A stretch of DNA of 64,000 nt from Camelus dromedarius. Its lineage: Eukaryota. Below, one piece after another: positions 27,477-41,032 of the stretch (position 1 is its first letter; each line of letters starts with the position of its first letter). The stretch covers positions 39,000,001-39,064,000 of the forward strand of contig NC_087436.1 of the NCBI RefSeq assembly GCF_036321535.1, read 5' to 3'. A program made the position numbers and the translations under genes. Below the pieces are notes generated by a model that was not told the origin of the DNA, did no database searches, and saw only the letters and a list, made by a program, of their open reading frames with translations.

Positions 27477-28319
27477 CACGAAATACTTCAGCTACTCATA
27501 TCTTCCTGGCTAAAGGGAGGCACCAAGAAAGATTAGGTTCTCTCCATTGTGTTTCTAGTTTGTGAGATGGTTGAATGAACATGCAGAAAGTTTTTATGGA
27601 GCACCTTCTGTTTGAAGAGATACTAGCGCAAAGGGGTTTTTTAAACTTCTTAATTTGTAGCTTTTACACTACATCTTAATTGACGTGGCAAAAGATACAC
27701 ACATGAATTAGAACAGAATGATAGATTATTAACTATTAAAATGAAAGTATTGTCAATACTACCTATGGAGTTTCAAGAAGAAAGAAAGCAATGTGTTGTG
27801 GACCAATAGTGCCATTCCTTAAGCAAGAGTGAGAACCAACGCTCGGTTCAGAAAAATTGGCAATAGTTGAGCAGGAAGCATTTTAGAATGGGCGTTAGAG
27901 GTTGAGCCTTGAGGCTCTCTGTGTAAAAGCTTAGACTTGTACCTGGGTTATGCTCTTTGAAGAGACCCTGCAGAGAACAGTACCTGCAAAGTTAACTGAT
28001 CTCTGCAAGTCTGGAGTCAAGGATTCCTGTCTGGGAGGAATAACCTTATCCTTAAGAGGTTAGGAAGCTGGGTCACGTTGGCATCCTTGCTGGCGTTTGA
28101 ACACAGAAGCAGGTTCCCATATCTGAGCTTTCACTTCTACTACTTCCCACCTCCTGGAACGCACTCTCCCCTATCACTTGGCTCACTCATGCATTCAGGA
28201 CTCTCCTCAACTATTGATTCCTCATAAAGTCCTTCCCCAGTCACTCTGTCTAAAATATCACATGGTGTCACTCTCTAGTCCCTTACACTGCTCTATTTAA
28301 AAAATATTTTTGGAATAGT

Positions 28320-28804
28320 TAAGATTAAAGTAAAATCAATATGACACAAAACCCCAAAAACAGACATTTCAAAAAGGTGAAAGTTTGTTTTTCTCACACA
28401 TAAACTTAGTCCAGAGGTAAATAATCTAGGGTTGGTGTGATTGATGTAATCATCAGGAGCTCAGTCACCTTCTAACTTTTTGCTCCATTGTCCCTAAAAT
28501 GCAGACCCTTGGGCCTAAATGTCTGCTTCAGCTCCAGTAGGCATGCTCTTATTTCAGTCAATAGGAAAAAGAAAAAGTAATGAGAAAGGCACACTAACAT
28601 TCCTTTAGAACATGGCCTGATATTGCTCACACCTCTTGTTTGTATCTCTTTGGCAGAACTTAGTCATATAACCACACATAGCTCAAGAAAGGTCGGGAAA
28701 TGTAGGTTTTATTCTGAGTGGCCATGTGCCCAGTTAAAATTCAGAGAGTAACTTACTGACAAAGAAGGTAGTAGTTACTGGGTGAAAACTCAGTTTTTGC
28801 CACA
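28320..28804 (-). mobile_element. Old ERVL/MaLR-class LTR about 0.9 kb upstream of the MYOZ2 promoter
   Basis: cagaacttagtcatataaccacacatagc...gggaaatgtagg motif, ending gccaca. Sits within L2 3' remnants. Confidence 0.6.
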
Positions 28805-31800
28805 AGAACAGATCAACATTATTTTATCTATATGTATCTATCAGTCTCTGGTATCACTTTTTCCTGTTAAAATATGAACTTCATAAAGACTTTGGCTTTA
28901 TATCTTAAGCAGCAAAAATTGTGTCTAGCATTTTGGTGGGCACTCAATATTCATTGAATGAACAAATAAATGAGTGAGTTGGAGATTAATTGTGGAATGA
29001 ACTTAAGGTTTGGCTTGAGTTTGGGATTTTTTCCTGTCATGTCAAACACTTATGGAAAAATAGAATTGTAGTAAGTGAGCAGTCACTTAAATATAAGAAG
29101 ATAGTGGCTACTTAAGGGCGAAGTTGTTTTGTATGAGACTGAAAGAGGTGCCTGATCATAGGACTGACAGTTCAAGGTAGTAAATGGTAGGTTTAAGCTA
29201 ACCTATTGCAATTGCTTCTAAGCAAATATTTGCATTGACGCTGTTACTTAAGTGCCAGTGAAAACCATTTAGCCAGAACCAATGAATTGAAATTCTCTCT
29301 CAAGATCTCTCAATTGCCAATATATTCCTGGCTTTAGCATTTACTGTGGTGTGCTCTTTGTCAAGTCTCAAACTCTACGTTTTCTCATCAGTAAAGTGGA
29401 GGTACCAGTATCTACCACATGACCATGAACATTTTATATGTAACAATTTTAGACATTCATGATACTTAATAAAAATTTAGTAAGGGTTAATTTTTCCTTA
29501 ACTGTTTTATTCCTGCAATGTGAAAGATTTAGACCTTCGAACAATCAACCACATTATTCAGAAAAAAATAAAAATATACTCACGAAGACTCCTATTTGGT
29601 CACTTTTATATATTTCCAATTTGGGATTATGCACAGTTTTACAGGTTGAAATGATGTCTGTAGCAGACAATAATTGTTATGTTGACTCTGGTTTCCAAAA
29701 TGAAAGGAAATTATTTTAAAAGATTTTAGAAGTTTTGAAGAATATAACTTACTTGTTTTTATTTCTCAATTATACCTAAAATTGTTTTGCCTTATTTTTT
29801 AAGCTCATTTATACATATCTCTGACAGCTTTCTGGTTTTTGAGTTATTTGTTCTGAAAAAAAGGAAGAATAAATCACTAGTATTGTAGCTTTAAGATAGT
29901 GTATACGATCCATTTGCTTCATGACACAAAGGCTAAATTTTAAAAATAACTTTAATGATTATTATACAGCATTTTCAGGTGGTCCATTCTGAAAGCCAGT
30001 GCATTTAAATTTTAAATCAAGTCAGTTAATATATTTCTGTTTCATCTGCACAGAGGTCTGGCTCTAGATTAAACATCCTTCAAATCTGTCATATTGCAAT
30101 CTCCTTTTGTCTGCAGCCCCCACCCTCCCACCTCTAAGACCCAGGGTTGCCCGCCTCTCTTGGTGCCCTCCACACCCACACGCACACACTGTACCCTAAA
30201 AAAGGATCCCTCTTACCCCCAGGGTCTCAATACTTACACTGCTCCTACTAATCATTCCTGTCCTTGAAGCATCTTCCAAACTCAGTTTCAACATAGTAAT
30301 ACTTTATTTTCCCCTCAAAGTCCTAAGTATTTTAAACTAATTGGTGCTAAAGACAAGATAGGATCTTTTCTTGTAGGCAAAATAATGGGATTCTAATGGT
30401 AGAACTTGGTGCCTTGGGAGGCTAGTGAGGAAGAAGTTTCTGGCAGAGATTTTCAACACCTCTTTAACCAAATTATTTCCATTTCTGGCCTGCCACAGTT
30501 GAATTTCCAACTCTTTTACCACTTGCTAGAAGAGAAAAAAGATTAACTAAGGTGAATTTTACTGCCAGTATACCACCTAACAAAAATCCACACCATGAGG
30601 CCCCATGAAAAGCAACCTTATTCAGCCGGTGGTAAACATGAGCCCCATAGCCAAATGGTAAACAAGGTCTACATTGATCTTCGTCTGACTGAGCACTTGT
30701 TTTTTAATTCTGTGCTTCTCCTTGTCCCATTTTCAGTCTATATTAGGTGGCTGTGGGCAGTTGGAGATTAGGGCAGGATCCATGGGCCCAGGATGTGGGG
30801 ACTGAATGTCTGCTAGGTGGGCAGACAGCACATTACCATTACTCAGGCTCAGTTCTGGATTAATGCACACAGAACTCAAACAGGGCAGCAGGCAGGCCAG
30901 CGCTGAGTGACAAATCTGAGAGGATGATCAGTTCTTTACCAGGCTTCAGGGCCTCCGATATGGTGGTAACCCTGAAAGGAAAGAATCTGTTTGAAGAGAT
31001 AACAAATGTGTGAAAACTCACAGCTGGTTAGGCTGTCTGTGGAAGCATGGGCTTTGGTTTGTGCAAAAAGCCCTATGCATTCTCCTTAATGGCTAATTGG
31101 CTTGTCATGCCTTCCATTGTTTCTATTTTCCTATATTGAGGAGGATCCTGTTGACAGTTGATCCCCTTGCCACCCCACAGCCAGGTCAGAATCATTATAA
31201 GCAGAGCTGTGGTGATTATCCTACTGGCCAAAGTGAGACAGTACAAGACAGATAGAGGCCTGAGGGCAGCAACTAATAGTAAGAGGAACTATTACAGCCA
31301 CTATTTCCTTAATGTTTGCTAAGCGTTGCCTTTGTTTAGCAGATGAGGAGATGGAGGTTCTGAGAGATTAAGTAAAATCCCCTATGCATCATACTTGTAA
31401 AGTATGGAAACGGAACTAAAAGTTGTTTTGTCTCATTTAAAGGCTTTTTGTGTTTTCACTATACCGTGCAGCAATCTCCAACTTCCTGATCTCTGAATAT
31501 CTCTGTATTGATATCTTCATGACAAAAATAAAGAAGCAGAGTTGAGAATTGTCAGAATAATTATTTCAACGAGCTCCTTTTTGATTCCGTTTGAAATTTA
31601 GCATCCCAACACTAGGTTTATCTTGGCTGAGGTGATTTTTACTTATTAACATTTATGGCTCTTTCCCAACTCATGTTTTCCTGGTTTGCAAACTTCTAGG
31701 GTTCCTCATGGTGTCTGTTCTCAGGGTGCTTTCCTTTCCTTCAGCTGTGCAAATACTAACGTTATTAAAATGCTGAACATAAACAATGGAAACGTGTCAT

Positions 31801-32959
31801 TGCTGTGCAGACCTCTCCTTCCTTTCCTGGCCCGTGTACCACACACACAAACACACTTACCACCTTCACTGCCAAAAATAAGTATCAAATCCAACTCCAT
31901 CAAAGTAATCCATTTTTAAGCAAGCCCAGTGTTTTACCTGTCTTCCTCTGCAAGTTTATTTCTTTTACTTAAGCATTTCCTTCTAGGCTCTTAAATTAAG
32001 CCTTAAGGTAAACTGGGGAGAAAAGGAGAGGTAAACAAAGCCCAATGAAAAGCTTGTTAAGGACAGAAGCTAATGTAACAGGGTTGGGAACTTGGAAAGA
32101 AAGAAGGTTTCATGTACAGGAATATTAAGAACCAAGTTGCCAAAGAAAACTTGCAAACTTTTTTTTTCCTTTGCTTGCATAATCCCAGCATTTATCCAGA
32201 ATTTTGTCACACTTCCTTTCACAATTCAAGCCAGCCTGTATTTTTCCTATGGTCTGCAGAAGCATTTTCTTTGACAGTTTTCTCACCTGCAAGAAGTTAT
32301 CGCTACTTTTATATACAAATTTATCATGGCCTAATTAAATCAAAGTTCATTAAGGAAAACATGAAGTTTTGAGAGGTTTTTCTGTTGTTTTTTTTTTTTT
32401 AAGAATGTATGGTAAAGAAATTTAGTGACAGAATCTGGACTTGCCAGCCGTGTATCATATGCTAGAGTCTCAGCAGCATGGCTATAAAATAAGGACAATC
32501 ATAATATCAACATCATAAGGCTACTACATGTCATAGTGCTTGTCACAATACCTGGCACATATTAAGTGTGTAATAAATGTTAGCCATTATTATTATAATT
32601 ATTATCAAAAAGTTTAACTTTAGCATAAACATATGAAAGGATGACAATCAAAATATGTAAATTTACCTTAAAAAAATAATAGCTGAATCCCTGTGTACAG
32701 ACACACAGGCACAGAGAGGTTAAGTCACATGTTGAAGGTCACATAGATAGAAAAAGTAGAATAGTTCCTTTACGGAGAAGGATACAAATATGAATTGAGC
32801 TGTGGGATTAATACACGTAAATAAAACATGTGTGACTCAGGAGAGGGATAGCTAAGAAATAAAGCAGTCAGAAACGAACAGTGAAGGATCTGGTGTACTT
32901 GATAAGTATATATCCTACATGGGAGAGTGATTTATCTGTGCATCAGAACCTAATGTCAT

Positions 32960-33307
32960 ATGAGATCGCTCATATGTGGAATCTAAAAAACAAAAACAAA
33001 AACAAACAAACAAACAAAAACAAAGCGTAAATAAAGGACAGAAATAGACTCACAGACAGAGAATACAGACTTGTGGTTACCAGGGGGGTGGAGGGTGGGA
33101 AGGGATAGACTGGGATTTCAAAATTGTAGAATAGACTACACTGTATAGCACAGAGAAATATACACAAAATGTTATGATAACTCACAGAGAAAAAAATGTG
33201 ACAATGAGTGTGTATATGTCCATGAATAACTGAAAAATTGTGCTGAACACTGGAATTTGACACAACATTGTAAAATGATTATAAATCAATAAAAAATGTT
33301 AAAAAAA
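32960..33307 (+). mobile_element. Young 5'-truncated L1 (3'UTR + polyA) with perfect 15-bp TSD
   Basis: atatgtggaatctaaaaa...gactcacagac...tcaataaaaaatgttaaaaaaa. TSD AGAACCTAATGTCAT at 32945-32959 and 33308-33322. Confidence 0.92.
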
Positions 33308-35544
33308 AGAACCTAATGTCATTAACAAAATCTGAATTGTATGAACATTTTTCTTTACTTTGATTCTATGTTCCCATACAAACTTCCGCTAATCTACTGG
33401 TTTCCCATGTAGTTTGCCTGAATCCAAACCCACCTACTACTTTTTCTCATAAACTGTGACACATTGTAAGAGTAAAAACTTCAGTGCCTAGTAAATGTTT
33501 GTTGAATGAGTGAGTGAATGAAAGGATGAATCAGAAACAGTTAAAGAAACTGGAGGAAAAAAGAGAGGAGTTCAAGAGAAAAGAGAATTTTAAGGTCCTG
33601 TCAAGCAATACACAGAGATTACAGAGAGTGACATATGAGAAAAGGTATTTGGATTTAGCAAAGAGTAGGTTATTGGCAGAATTTAGAGACAGTTTTTAAT
33701 GTGGTAGTAGCAGAACCCTCATAGAAGGGATTTAAGGCAAGAATGAGTGGATGGGAAGTGTAAGCTGCAAATGGAAACTACTTATTTAAAAGAACCAGCA
33801 GTGAACTAAAGGGGAGAGAGAGTTCAGTTGCTGAAAGGAAAGCAAGTTGCCTGTGTGTGTGTATCTTGAAAGAGGAAAACTTGAATGTTTGGAGATAAAA
33901 GAGAAACAAATATTGATGTGTAAAACAATAAAAACTGATAATTTGAGTTTTGGGGTGGTTCACTTCATGATAAATGTAAGTCTGTGATGGGTGATTATTG
34001 GAGAGAAATCCTGGTAGGAGGGAAGAAGTATGTGACATGCAACGTTTTTCAAAAGGAAATGTGTTTGGGGGTTTGGCATCAGGGCCTGGTGGTGCCATCA
34101 GGAGGCTTTCCAGCACGCCATCATCAGAGTAGATTTACCAGAGACCACATGCTGAGCAGGTCCAGACATGCCAACTTCCCAATTCTGTTAGTCTTAGGCT
34201 GTGCCTCATCTGTTCATTGAAATTACTTTGGAGACAGTCGCAAGTGACCATATAGATGTCAGATCCTAGCCTATCTCCAGGCCTTCTTTCCTGTATTCCA
34301 GATTGCTACCTGAACCCTCATTTTGGTGTTCCACAAACATCTCAACATTAACATGCCCCAAACTGCCCTTATCATCCTTCCTCTTATATGAGCTCCTCAC
34401 CCTGAATTCCCAATCTCAGACAGTATAGTCATCACCACCTACCCAGTAGACGAAGCCAGGAAACATCCTAGAATCCTCTTTCTTCCTTTTCCCTCTTAAA
34501 ATATAATCAAGCTCTCAAGTCATTTTTATGTTGGGAGAATAGAAGTCTACCTCAACCTTACCCCTGTTACCCAGAGAAAGAGAAGAGATGATAATCTGAT
34601 TGTTGGCTCCTAAGACAGATCTTGTTAGGTTGGGTGGTGACTAGTCAATGTGTGTTGAGTGGATATACAGCTATTCTTGTTTCAGTCCTTGCTCTCTATT
34701 TCAAGCAAGGAGCAAACATTGTAAGCAACTGCAGTCCCAGTCTCCTTGCTCTTCTCTCTTGTTTTTAATTTTATACAACTGACAGGATTATATTCAAGCT
34801 AGGTTTGGGCTTGAGGTTGGTAAACTCTAAAGTCTCTACCCATGGTCATTGTTTTGGAACTTAAAAGTTTTGCTAACCATAGTTTTTCCCTTTACCTGAT
34901 GAGTTTCCTTACTTGGTGAGTCTTCTCTGATTTTTCTATGGTCTGCTTCTATAAATATTTCCAATTCCTTGAAACGTTCTCTGGTTTGTGCTTGCTCTTG
35001 GGCTACTTGCTCTTCTGGGCTTATGTTGCCTTATATTTATATGTAGAATACATCTATTATTATGTTCAATATCCTTGTTCTACAAGGCTCTAGTGTTTTA
35101 TTCCCTAGTAGATCAAGTCACTTTGTAACCCCAGTGCTTAAATAGTGCTGGCACATGGTAAACATGTGGCAGATATTTGCTGGATAGCTAGCATAACACT
35201 TGGCACGTAGGGGAAATGTAATGTATATTAGTTCCTTTCAGCACCATTAGCTTAACCATCCAACCTCCATTCTTACCTCTTGATTCCATCTTCTGCATTG
35301 GTAGGTCAAGAAGTGATGTTGGTTAGGGAACCTTTAGCTCCCTTATTTTGTATCAAAGCTCTTCAAGCTGAAATGGTGTGCATGCCTTGCAAACACAACC
35401 TCAACACATCTCAAATAAGCACATAACATCTTATGTCAAAACTGCATGAGTATTAACTTTTTCTTAAAAAGCTTTCTTTCTTGATTCCAGAAAACCATAT
35501 ACTCCTGGTGTTCGTCCTCTGTTCCTCCCTAGTTTATTCTCTCA

Positions 35545-36595
35545 ACAAACTTTTATTGAGTAACTATCATATATTAGTTACTATTCTAGACAGTGAGTAG
35601 TAAATAAAATTTTTTAAATTCTCACCCTCACAGAACTTAAATTCTAGTGGGAGAAATAGGCATAGGGCAAGATTAACAATTAAAATATACTATATGTTAA
35701 ATAATGATAAGTAATAAGAAATAAAAGAGGGAAGGCAGGCAGCACTGTTGGATGGAGGGATTCTAATTTTAGATAGAATGACTAAGGAAAGTCTCACTGA
35801 GAAGACATTCAAGTAAAGATCTGAAGGAGATTCACGAGGAAGCCATGAAGATACACTAGGAAAAGAACATCCAAACAAAAAGGAACAAGTACAAAGGCCC
35901 TGAAGTGGTAGCATGTCTAGCATATTTGAGAAAAGTGAAGAAGCTAGTATGACTAGGACACAGTAAGAGAGAGAGAAGTTTGGAGATAGGTCAGAAGTAA
36001 TCTAGGCCTCATCAGCCATCATAAGGACTTTGGTTTTACTCTAGGATGGGAAGCTGCTAGGGGGTCTTTTCTAGAGAAGTGATGTGATATAATTGCAGAT
36101 CTAATAGGACCACACTGGTTGCTTTTTGTAGAAAAGAGCACAGAGGAGCAAGAACAGACCACTCAGGAAGGCTGTTGCAGTAATCTAGGCAAGAGATGGT
36201 GGTGACTTGGTCCAGTCTGGGGAGTAGTGTAGGTGGTGAGAAGTGGTCAGATTCTGGATATATTTTGGAAGTAGAACCAACAGAATTTTTAGATGAATTG
36301 GATATAAGATAGAGGGAGAAATGACTCCAAGTTTGGGGACCTAAGCAATGGGAAGAATAGTTTCCATTCTCTGAGTTTTAGAAGACTGATAGGATTGAGT
36401 TCTAGGGAAAATGTCAAAGGCTCAAATTTGGAAATGTTTATTTTGAGATGGCTGTTAGACATCCATGTGAAGATATGAAGTAGCCAATGGGATATATGAG
36501 CTTGAATTTCAGGGAAGAAGTCTGAGTTAGAAATATAAATTTGAGATTTGTCAGCACTTGTATGATATTTAAAGCCTTGAGACTGGGTGAGATCC
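35545..36595 (-). mobile_element. L2 fragment
   Basis: tttattgagtaactat...gaagtggtcagattctggatatattttggaagtagaaccaacag...tttaaagccttgagactgggtgagatc. Confidence 0.8.
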
Positions 36596-36882
36596 TCTGC
36601 TGGTTTCTATTCAGCAACCCAAGCTCTTAATACTGAAATGCCAGGGCCCACTCTTTGAACTTCTTCTTTTTTCTACCTATACTCATTCATCTCTTGTTCT
36701 TTTCTCTTTCTTTCGTACTCCTTATCAAATCTGGTGAGAAAATTCTGAGTATATCCTAGATTTTGAAGGCTTCAAAATAAATCCAGAAACTGATCCCTTC
36801 TCACCACCTCCACTGTTAATCACTCTGAACCATTTCTCTTGCCTAGATTATTGCAGTAACCTCAAAGCCAATTTTCTGTTTC

Positions 36883-37512
36883 TGAATCCATGCCCCATAG
36901 AGTTAACAAAAGCTGATGACTAACAGAAATTCTTGAGCTTGTCTTTCAAGGCAACAGATAGGGGAACAGCTCATTAAAACCCCTCTGCTTGTAAACTGCC
37001 TTCGCTGATTAAGTTTGCTTTAGTTATTGTTTTTCTTTCTTTCTTTTCATCTCTTTAACTGAATATCTTCCCAGCTTCACATTGCCCAATTGTTTTACAG
37101 GAACTTGGAGTCAGCTTTTGTTGGGTGTGAGCTGGCTGAGACTGGTTAGACCACCTACCCTAAAACTGGACCTCTGCAGGTGTCCAATGAATGGTATTTT
37201 GATGTCAGAAGGCCAGAAAACCCCACCTCAGCTCATGCTAAGCACCTCCATTTTTGAATGTGCAAAAGAATATAACCCCGATACACCTGCACAAAAACTT
37301 ACCTTTTTTCCCCTACCTCTAATCACCTTCCCCATGCCTAATACCACCCTGCTTCTCCAGTAAATAATCCACCCCCCTCACCTTCAAGGAGGCAGATCTT
37401 GTTCCGTCTCCTCACCGGATGCCTTGTTAATATTCTCTTTCTCAGTTGCAAACCTCTGCATCTCAGCGATTGACTTGCTGTGGGCCCAACAGACAGATCT
37501 GGTTCAGTAACA
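36883..37512 (+). mobile_element. ERV1-type solo LTR, TG...CA, TSD TTTC
   Basis: Begins TGAATCC, ends GTAACA. TTTC at 36879-36882 and 37513-37516. Interrupts L2 sequence. Confidence 0.8.
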
Positions 37513-38051
37513 TTTCCACATGTATCTCACTTAGATCTGTTCTTGAAAGGTCGCTAGGACACTTTAAAAATCAAAATCAAATTTTACTCGTCTACTCAGA
37601 ATGCTCCAATTGTTCTTTAGAGTAAAATCCAGTCCCAAGAATGGACTAAAAATATCCTCTGCAATCATATTACCTAATAACTCACTGACCACACCACCTA
37701 TTCTGTCGTAATTACGCTTGCTGCTCTAGATCCTGTCTTATTTGCTTTTCTCAAATATTTCAGGCTGTGCCCTCTGAGAAGAACATGCTCTTCCACAAAT
37801 GCATGGCTGTCTCCTAAACCACCTCAGCCCTTTACTCAGTGCCACATTCTCAGCGAATCATTCCTTGTCACCTTATTAAAAAAAATACACCTTCTTCCCG
37901 CAGAATTCTTCATCCTCCCAGATTTATTTTTCTCCATAATACTAATCATTGTCTTCTATATTTGTGTGAATGCCATGAAGGCATGAATTATTGCCTGTTT
38001 TGTTCTCTGCTGTATCCCTAGCACCAAGAGTAGTGTTTGATACATTGTGGG

Positions 38052-38548
38052 TGTTGACTGAAATAAATGCACAGCCTAAAAGTTGAGAGTTATGTTTTAT
38101 TTGCTGGACATTTCTGAGGACTCGAACCCCTTTGAGCCCGGGATGACAGCCTCTCAAATCGCTCTGAGGGACTGCTCTGAAGAGGTAGGGGAGGAGCTAG
38201 GATATTTAGGAGTTCTACAACAAAGACCAGGTTGTTGGAACATTAAAAGCTTACTTGTTAACTGAAGAAAACCAGACATCTCAAGTTAAAGAATTTAGCA
38301 CTCTTCTATGTTTGGGAGAGAGCAAATATTTGGGCTCTCAAATTCATTCCTTTGACAAAAACCTAGCTATCTAGGGCCAGTATCCTGTCCTTTCTTATTC
38401 TGAGTCCCCTCGGAGTGCACAATTGTGAGTGGCTGCAGAGGCTGAGCTGCAGGCTTGTCTTCACTGAGGGTTGGTGGCAGTGGCTGATGACTTGATGGCT
38501 TCAGTTTTCTTTGTTTACTGATATGGTTTCTAGTACTTTTCGTTCACA
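38052..38548 (-). mobile_element. ERV1-type solo LTR (MER41-like layout), TG...CA
   Basis: TGTTGACTG...TTCACA. AATAAA on the minus strand (tttatt ~38096-38101). Inserted in an L2 3' end with imperfect TSD TGGG/TGAG. Confidence 0.8.
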
Positions 38549-38549
38549 T

Positions 38550-39016
38550 TGTGAAGGAAAAGCCGGGCTGGTCTAACAAGATAACTCACAAGTCTAGGAA
38601 TGTGAAGGAGAGGCTGGGCTGGGCTAACAAGATAACTCACAAATCTAAGTACTGGAATACTGATCTGAGTTCTGCTAGACTAACTTGTAAATCTAGGTTA
38701 ATTAGTGTTGTTTTGCTGTTCACGTTTTTTTTGCTAGCCAGCTGGATTTTCAAAGATACATATCTGGCTTTGGAATGTTGGTTTGCTGCCTCCCCACCTC
38801 CACTTTTGTGATGATAATGCTGCTAAAGCTGTTCCATGCCTATTGGCCTAATACCCCCAAGCTTGTACTTTACCCTATAAAACCTCATGTGCACATCTTG
38901 AAGGTGCTCAGAGCTTTGGAGCAGAAGCCCCTCTGAGCCCGCCGGCGTAATACATCTGAGTACTCCAACCCTCCGAGTGGTGCTTGTTTCTTGACTGGCC
39001 TGTCGTTTCCGTAACA
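38550..39016 (+). mobile_element. Younger ERV solo LTR, TSD ACAT, with a 51-bp tandem duplication at its 5' end
   Basis: TGTGAAGG...GTAACA. ACAT at 38546-38549 and 39017-39020. TATA-like CCTATAAAA near 38874. Retains CpGs. Confidence 0.85.
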
Positions 39017-39098
39017 ACATGAGCACTTAATAAATGTACTTTAATAAATGAATGAATGGATAAATGAAATATACACACCATCTAAGCAATGTGAATGC

Positions 39099-39181
39099 TT
39101 GCTATGTGAATGTTGTTTCAAATTAGTCTCCTAGACACTGTTGCTATGTGAATATTGTTTCAAATTAGTCTCCTAGACACT
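39099..39181. repeat. Tandem duplication, 42-bp period, 2 copies
   Basis: ttgctatgtgaat(g/a)ttgtttcaaattagtctcctagacact at 39099-39139 and 39141-39181, one mismatch. Confidence 0.95.
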
Positions 39182-39791
39182 CTTCCCTCAAAATCCCCTC
39201 TAGGCTCCTCCTAATGAAATGCTGAAACACCGACAGATGATAGAGTATATCTGACACAGAGAGCATGCTGTGGGGCTGGAGAGTCATATCGAGTGCTTCT
39301 TTAGGTCGTACCTATGGCAGGCAGTTATAAAAATAAGTAAAGTATGGTTCCTGTTTTTGAGGAATTCATAGTCCAATTGAGGAGAAAGTTGTGTACAATG
39401 TGACTTGCATAAAAAGAACAAACTTAAACATAAATATTTACAACTTTCCGTTTGGATGCCAATTCCTAAAGAGTTTTTTGAGCCTAAGGCAGCAGAGAGT
39501 TGCAAATTTGAAAGAAGCTGGGGCATTGCTTGATTTACAGTAAAAAGTGGGAGGAGTATCTCAAGAATGGTTTTCTTCTGTAGAAGAAAAGACAGATTAG
39601 AAAGGAAGGAACTGAGTAGAAAGGAGGAATATGATCAAATAATAATTGCGCATTGAGATTTTTGTCAATAGAGTACATAGAGGGGAACAAAAAGAATTTT
39701 GGAACAGTTTTTATAAGAATTAGAGGAAACTAAGTAGATAAAGAGAAGTTTTAGATGTTTATGGGTGAAGCAAAGGAACTGTCCTTTCTTT

Positions 39792-40344
39792 TGAAACCAA
39801 GCAGGACCCTGTGGGACCCTCCTGGGTACAAATCCTTTCAATGTCCCGTTTCTTGTTTGTAGGAAATAGGCTTCATTCAGCCTCCTAGACCTTCCCTGAG
39901 TTCCAAAGGGCAGATTCAAACTGCAAATGAGGGAAGGGAGGGAATGCAGAAACAAAGGAGGAGCAGTCAAGAAACAATAGTGCAGCATGGGGCAAGGTCC
40001 TGGTTCCTCCTCAAGAACATGCATGATAATACATCTTTGAGTTCTTCTACAAGAACTAAGGTCCCCACCCAGGTGGAGGATGGTAACTTCAAGATGAAGA
40101 CCTAAACATTCCTGGAACACCACCCTGTTACCTCCGCACCAACCAATCAGAAGAAAGTCACACACCCTACAGCTCTCACCCTAATGCCTATAAAAGCCCT
40201 GAATCCATCAGGATGTTTAGGGCTTTTGAGAAGGAGCCACCCATTCTCCTTACTTGACCCTGCAGTAAATCTTTCTCTGCTCCAAACAGTTCAGTTTGTT
40301 TGGCCTCACTGTGCATCCAGCATACAAACTTGCATTTGGCAACA
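39792..40344 (+). mobile_element. ERV1-type solo LTR, TSD CTTT
   Basis: TGAAACC...GCAACA with CCAAT (aaccaatc), CCTATAAAA and AGTAAA signals. CTTT at 39788-39791 and 40345-40348. Confidence 0.88.
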
Positions 40345-40371
40345 CTTTCCTCTAGAATGTCCCAGTTTTAT

Positions 40372-41032
40372 TGATGCAGGAAAAAAAGGATGTGGGGCTT
40401 GAGGAAGGCTGTGTCCCAGATCTCCGTGAGTCCCTGGGATGTGCCCTGCCAGGTGTCGGTTCTTTGTTTCGCGCGAGAAAGTATTCAAGAGCGAGCCACA
40501 GTTGAGTAAAGGTAGATTTATTTAGAGAGATACATACTGCATAGAGTGCAGGCTGTTTCAAAAGGCAAGAGAAAGGCAAAGAAAGAGGTGTGGGAGATGG
40601 GTGCTCAGGTTAAAGTAAAAGTAGGTACACACTCCATAGACAGAGTGCAGATCGTCTCCAAAGAGGAGGGAGCAAAAAAGGCGGCCAGGTGTGGTGTTGC
40701 CACTTTTTATGGACTCAGTAGCTCCACACAACTGCAGGTGGCACCATTCCAACTACCCTGGGGAAGGGGCTGGGATTCCCAGGAATTGGGCCACCGCCCA
40801 CCCTTTGGCTTTTTGCGGTTAGCCTTGGGACTGTTATGGCACCTGTGGGTATGTTATTTATCACACTAATATGTTACAATGAGCATATAATGAAGCTCAA
40901 GTTCTACTAGAAGTCAAACCTCCTGCCATCTTAATCCTCAAGGCCAACTGGGAGTTGAATCTTCCACCATTTTGGTGTTAACTGCTGTCACTCCTTGAGT
41001 GGCTGTGCCCTGCTCCCTTCCCTCCTGTATCA
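40372..41032 (-). mobile_element. ERV1-type solo LTR, TSD TTAT
   Basis: Inverted termini TGATGCAGGA...TCCTGTATCA. TTAT at 40368-40371 and 41033-41036. AATAAA on the minus strand near 40517. CpG-rich patch. Confidence 0.85.

Noticed and set aside
38550..39181. Short direct repeats as a possible CRISPR-like array
   Set aside because: Only two-copy tandem duplications without spacers, in mammalian DNA.
39665..40165. Longest ORF in the track (166 aa, minus strand)
   Set aside because: It is the antisense reading of a solo LTR, with no recognisable protein motif.
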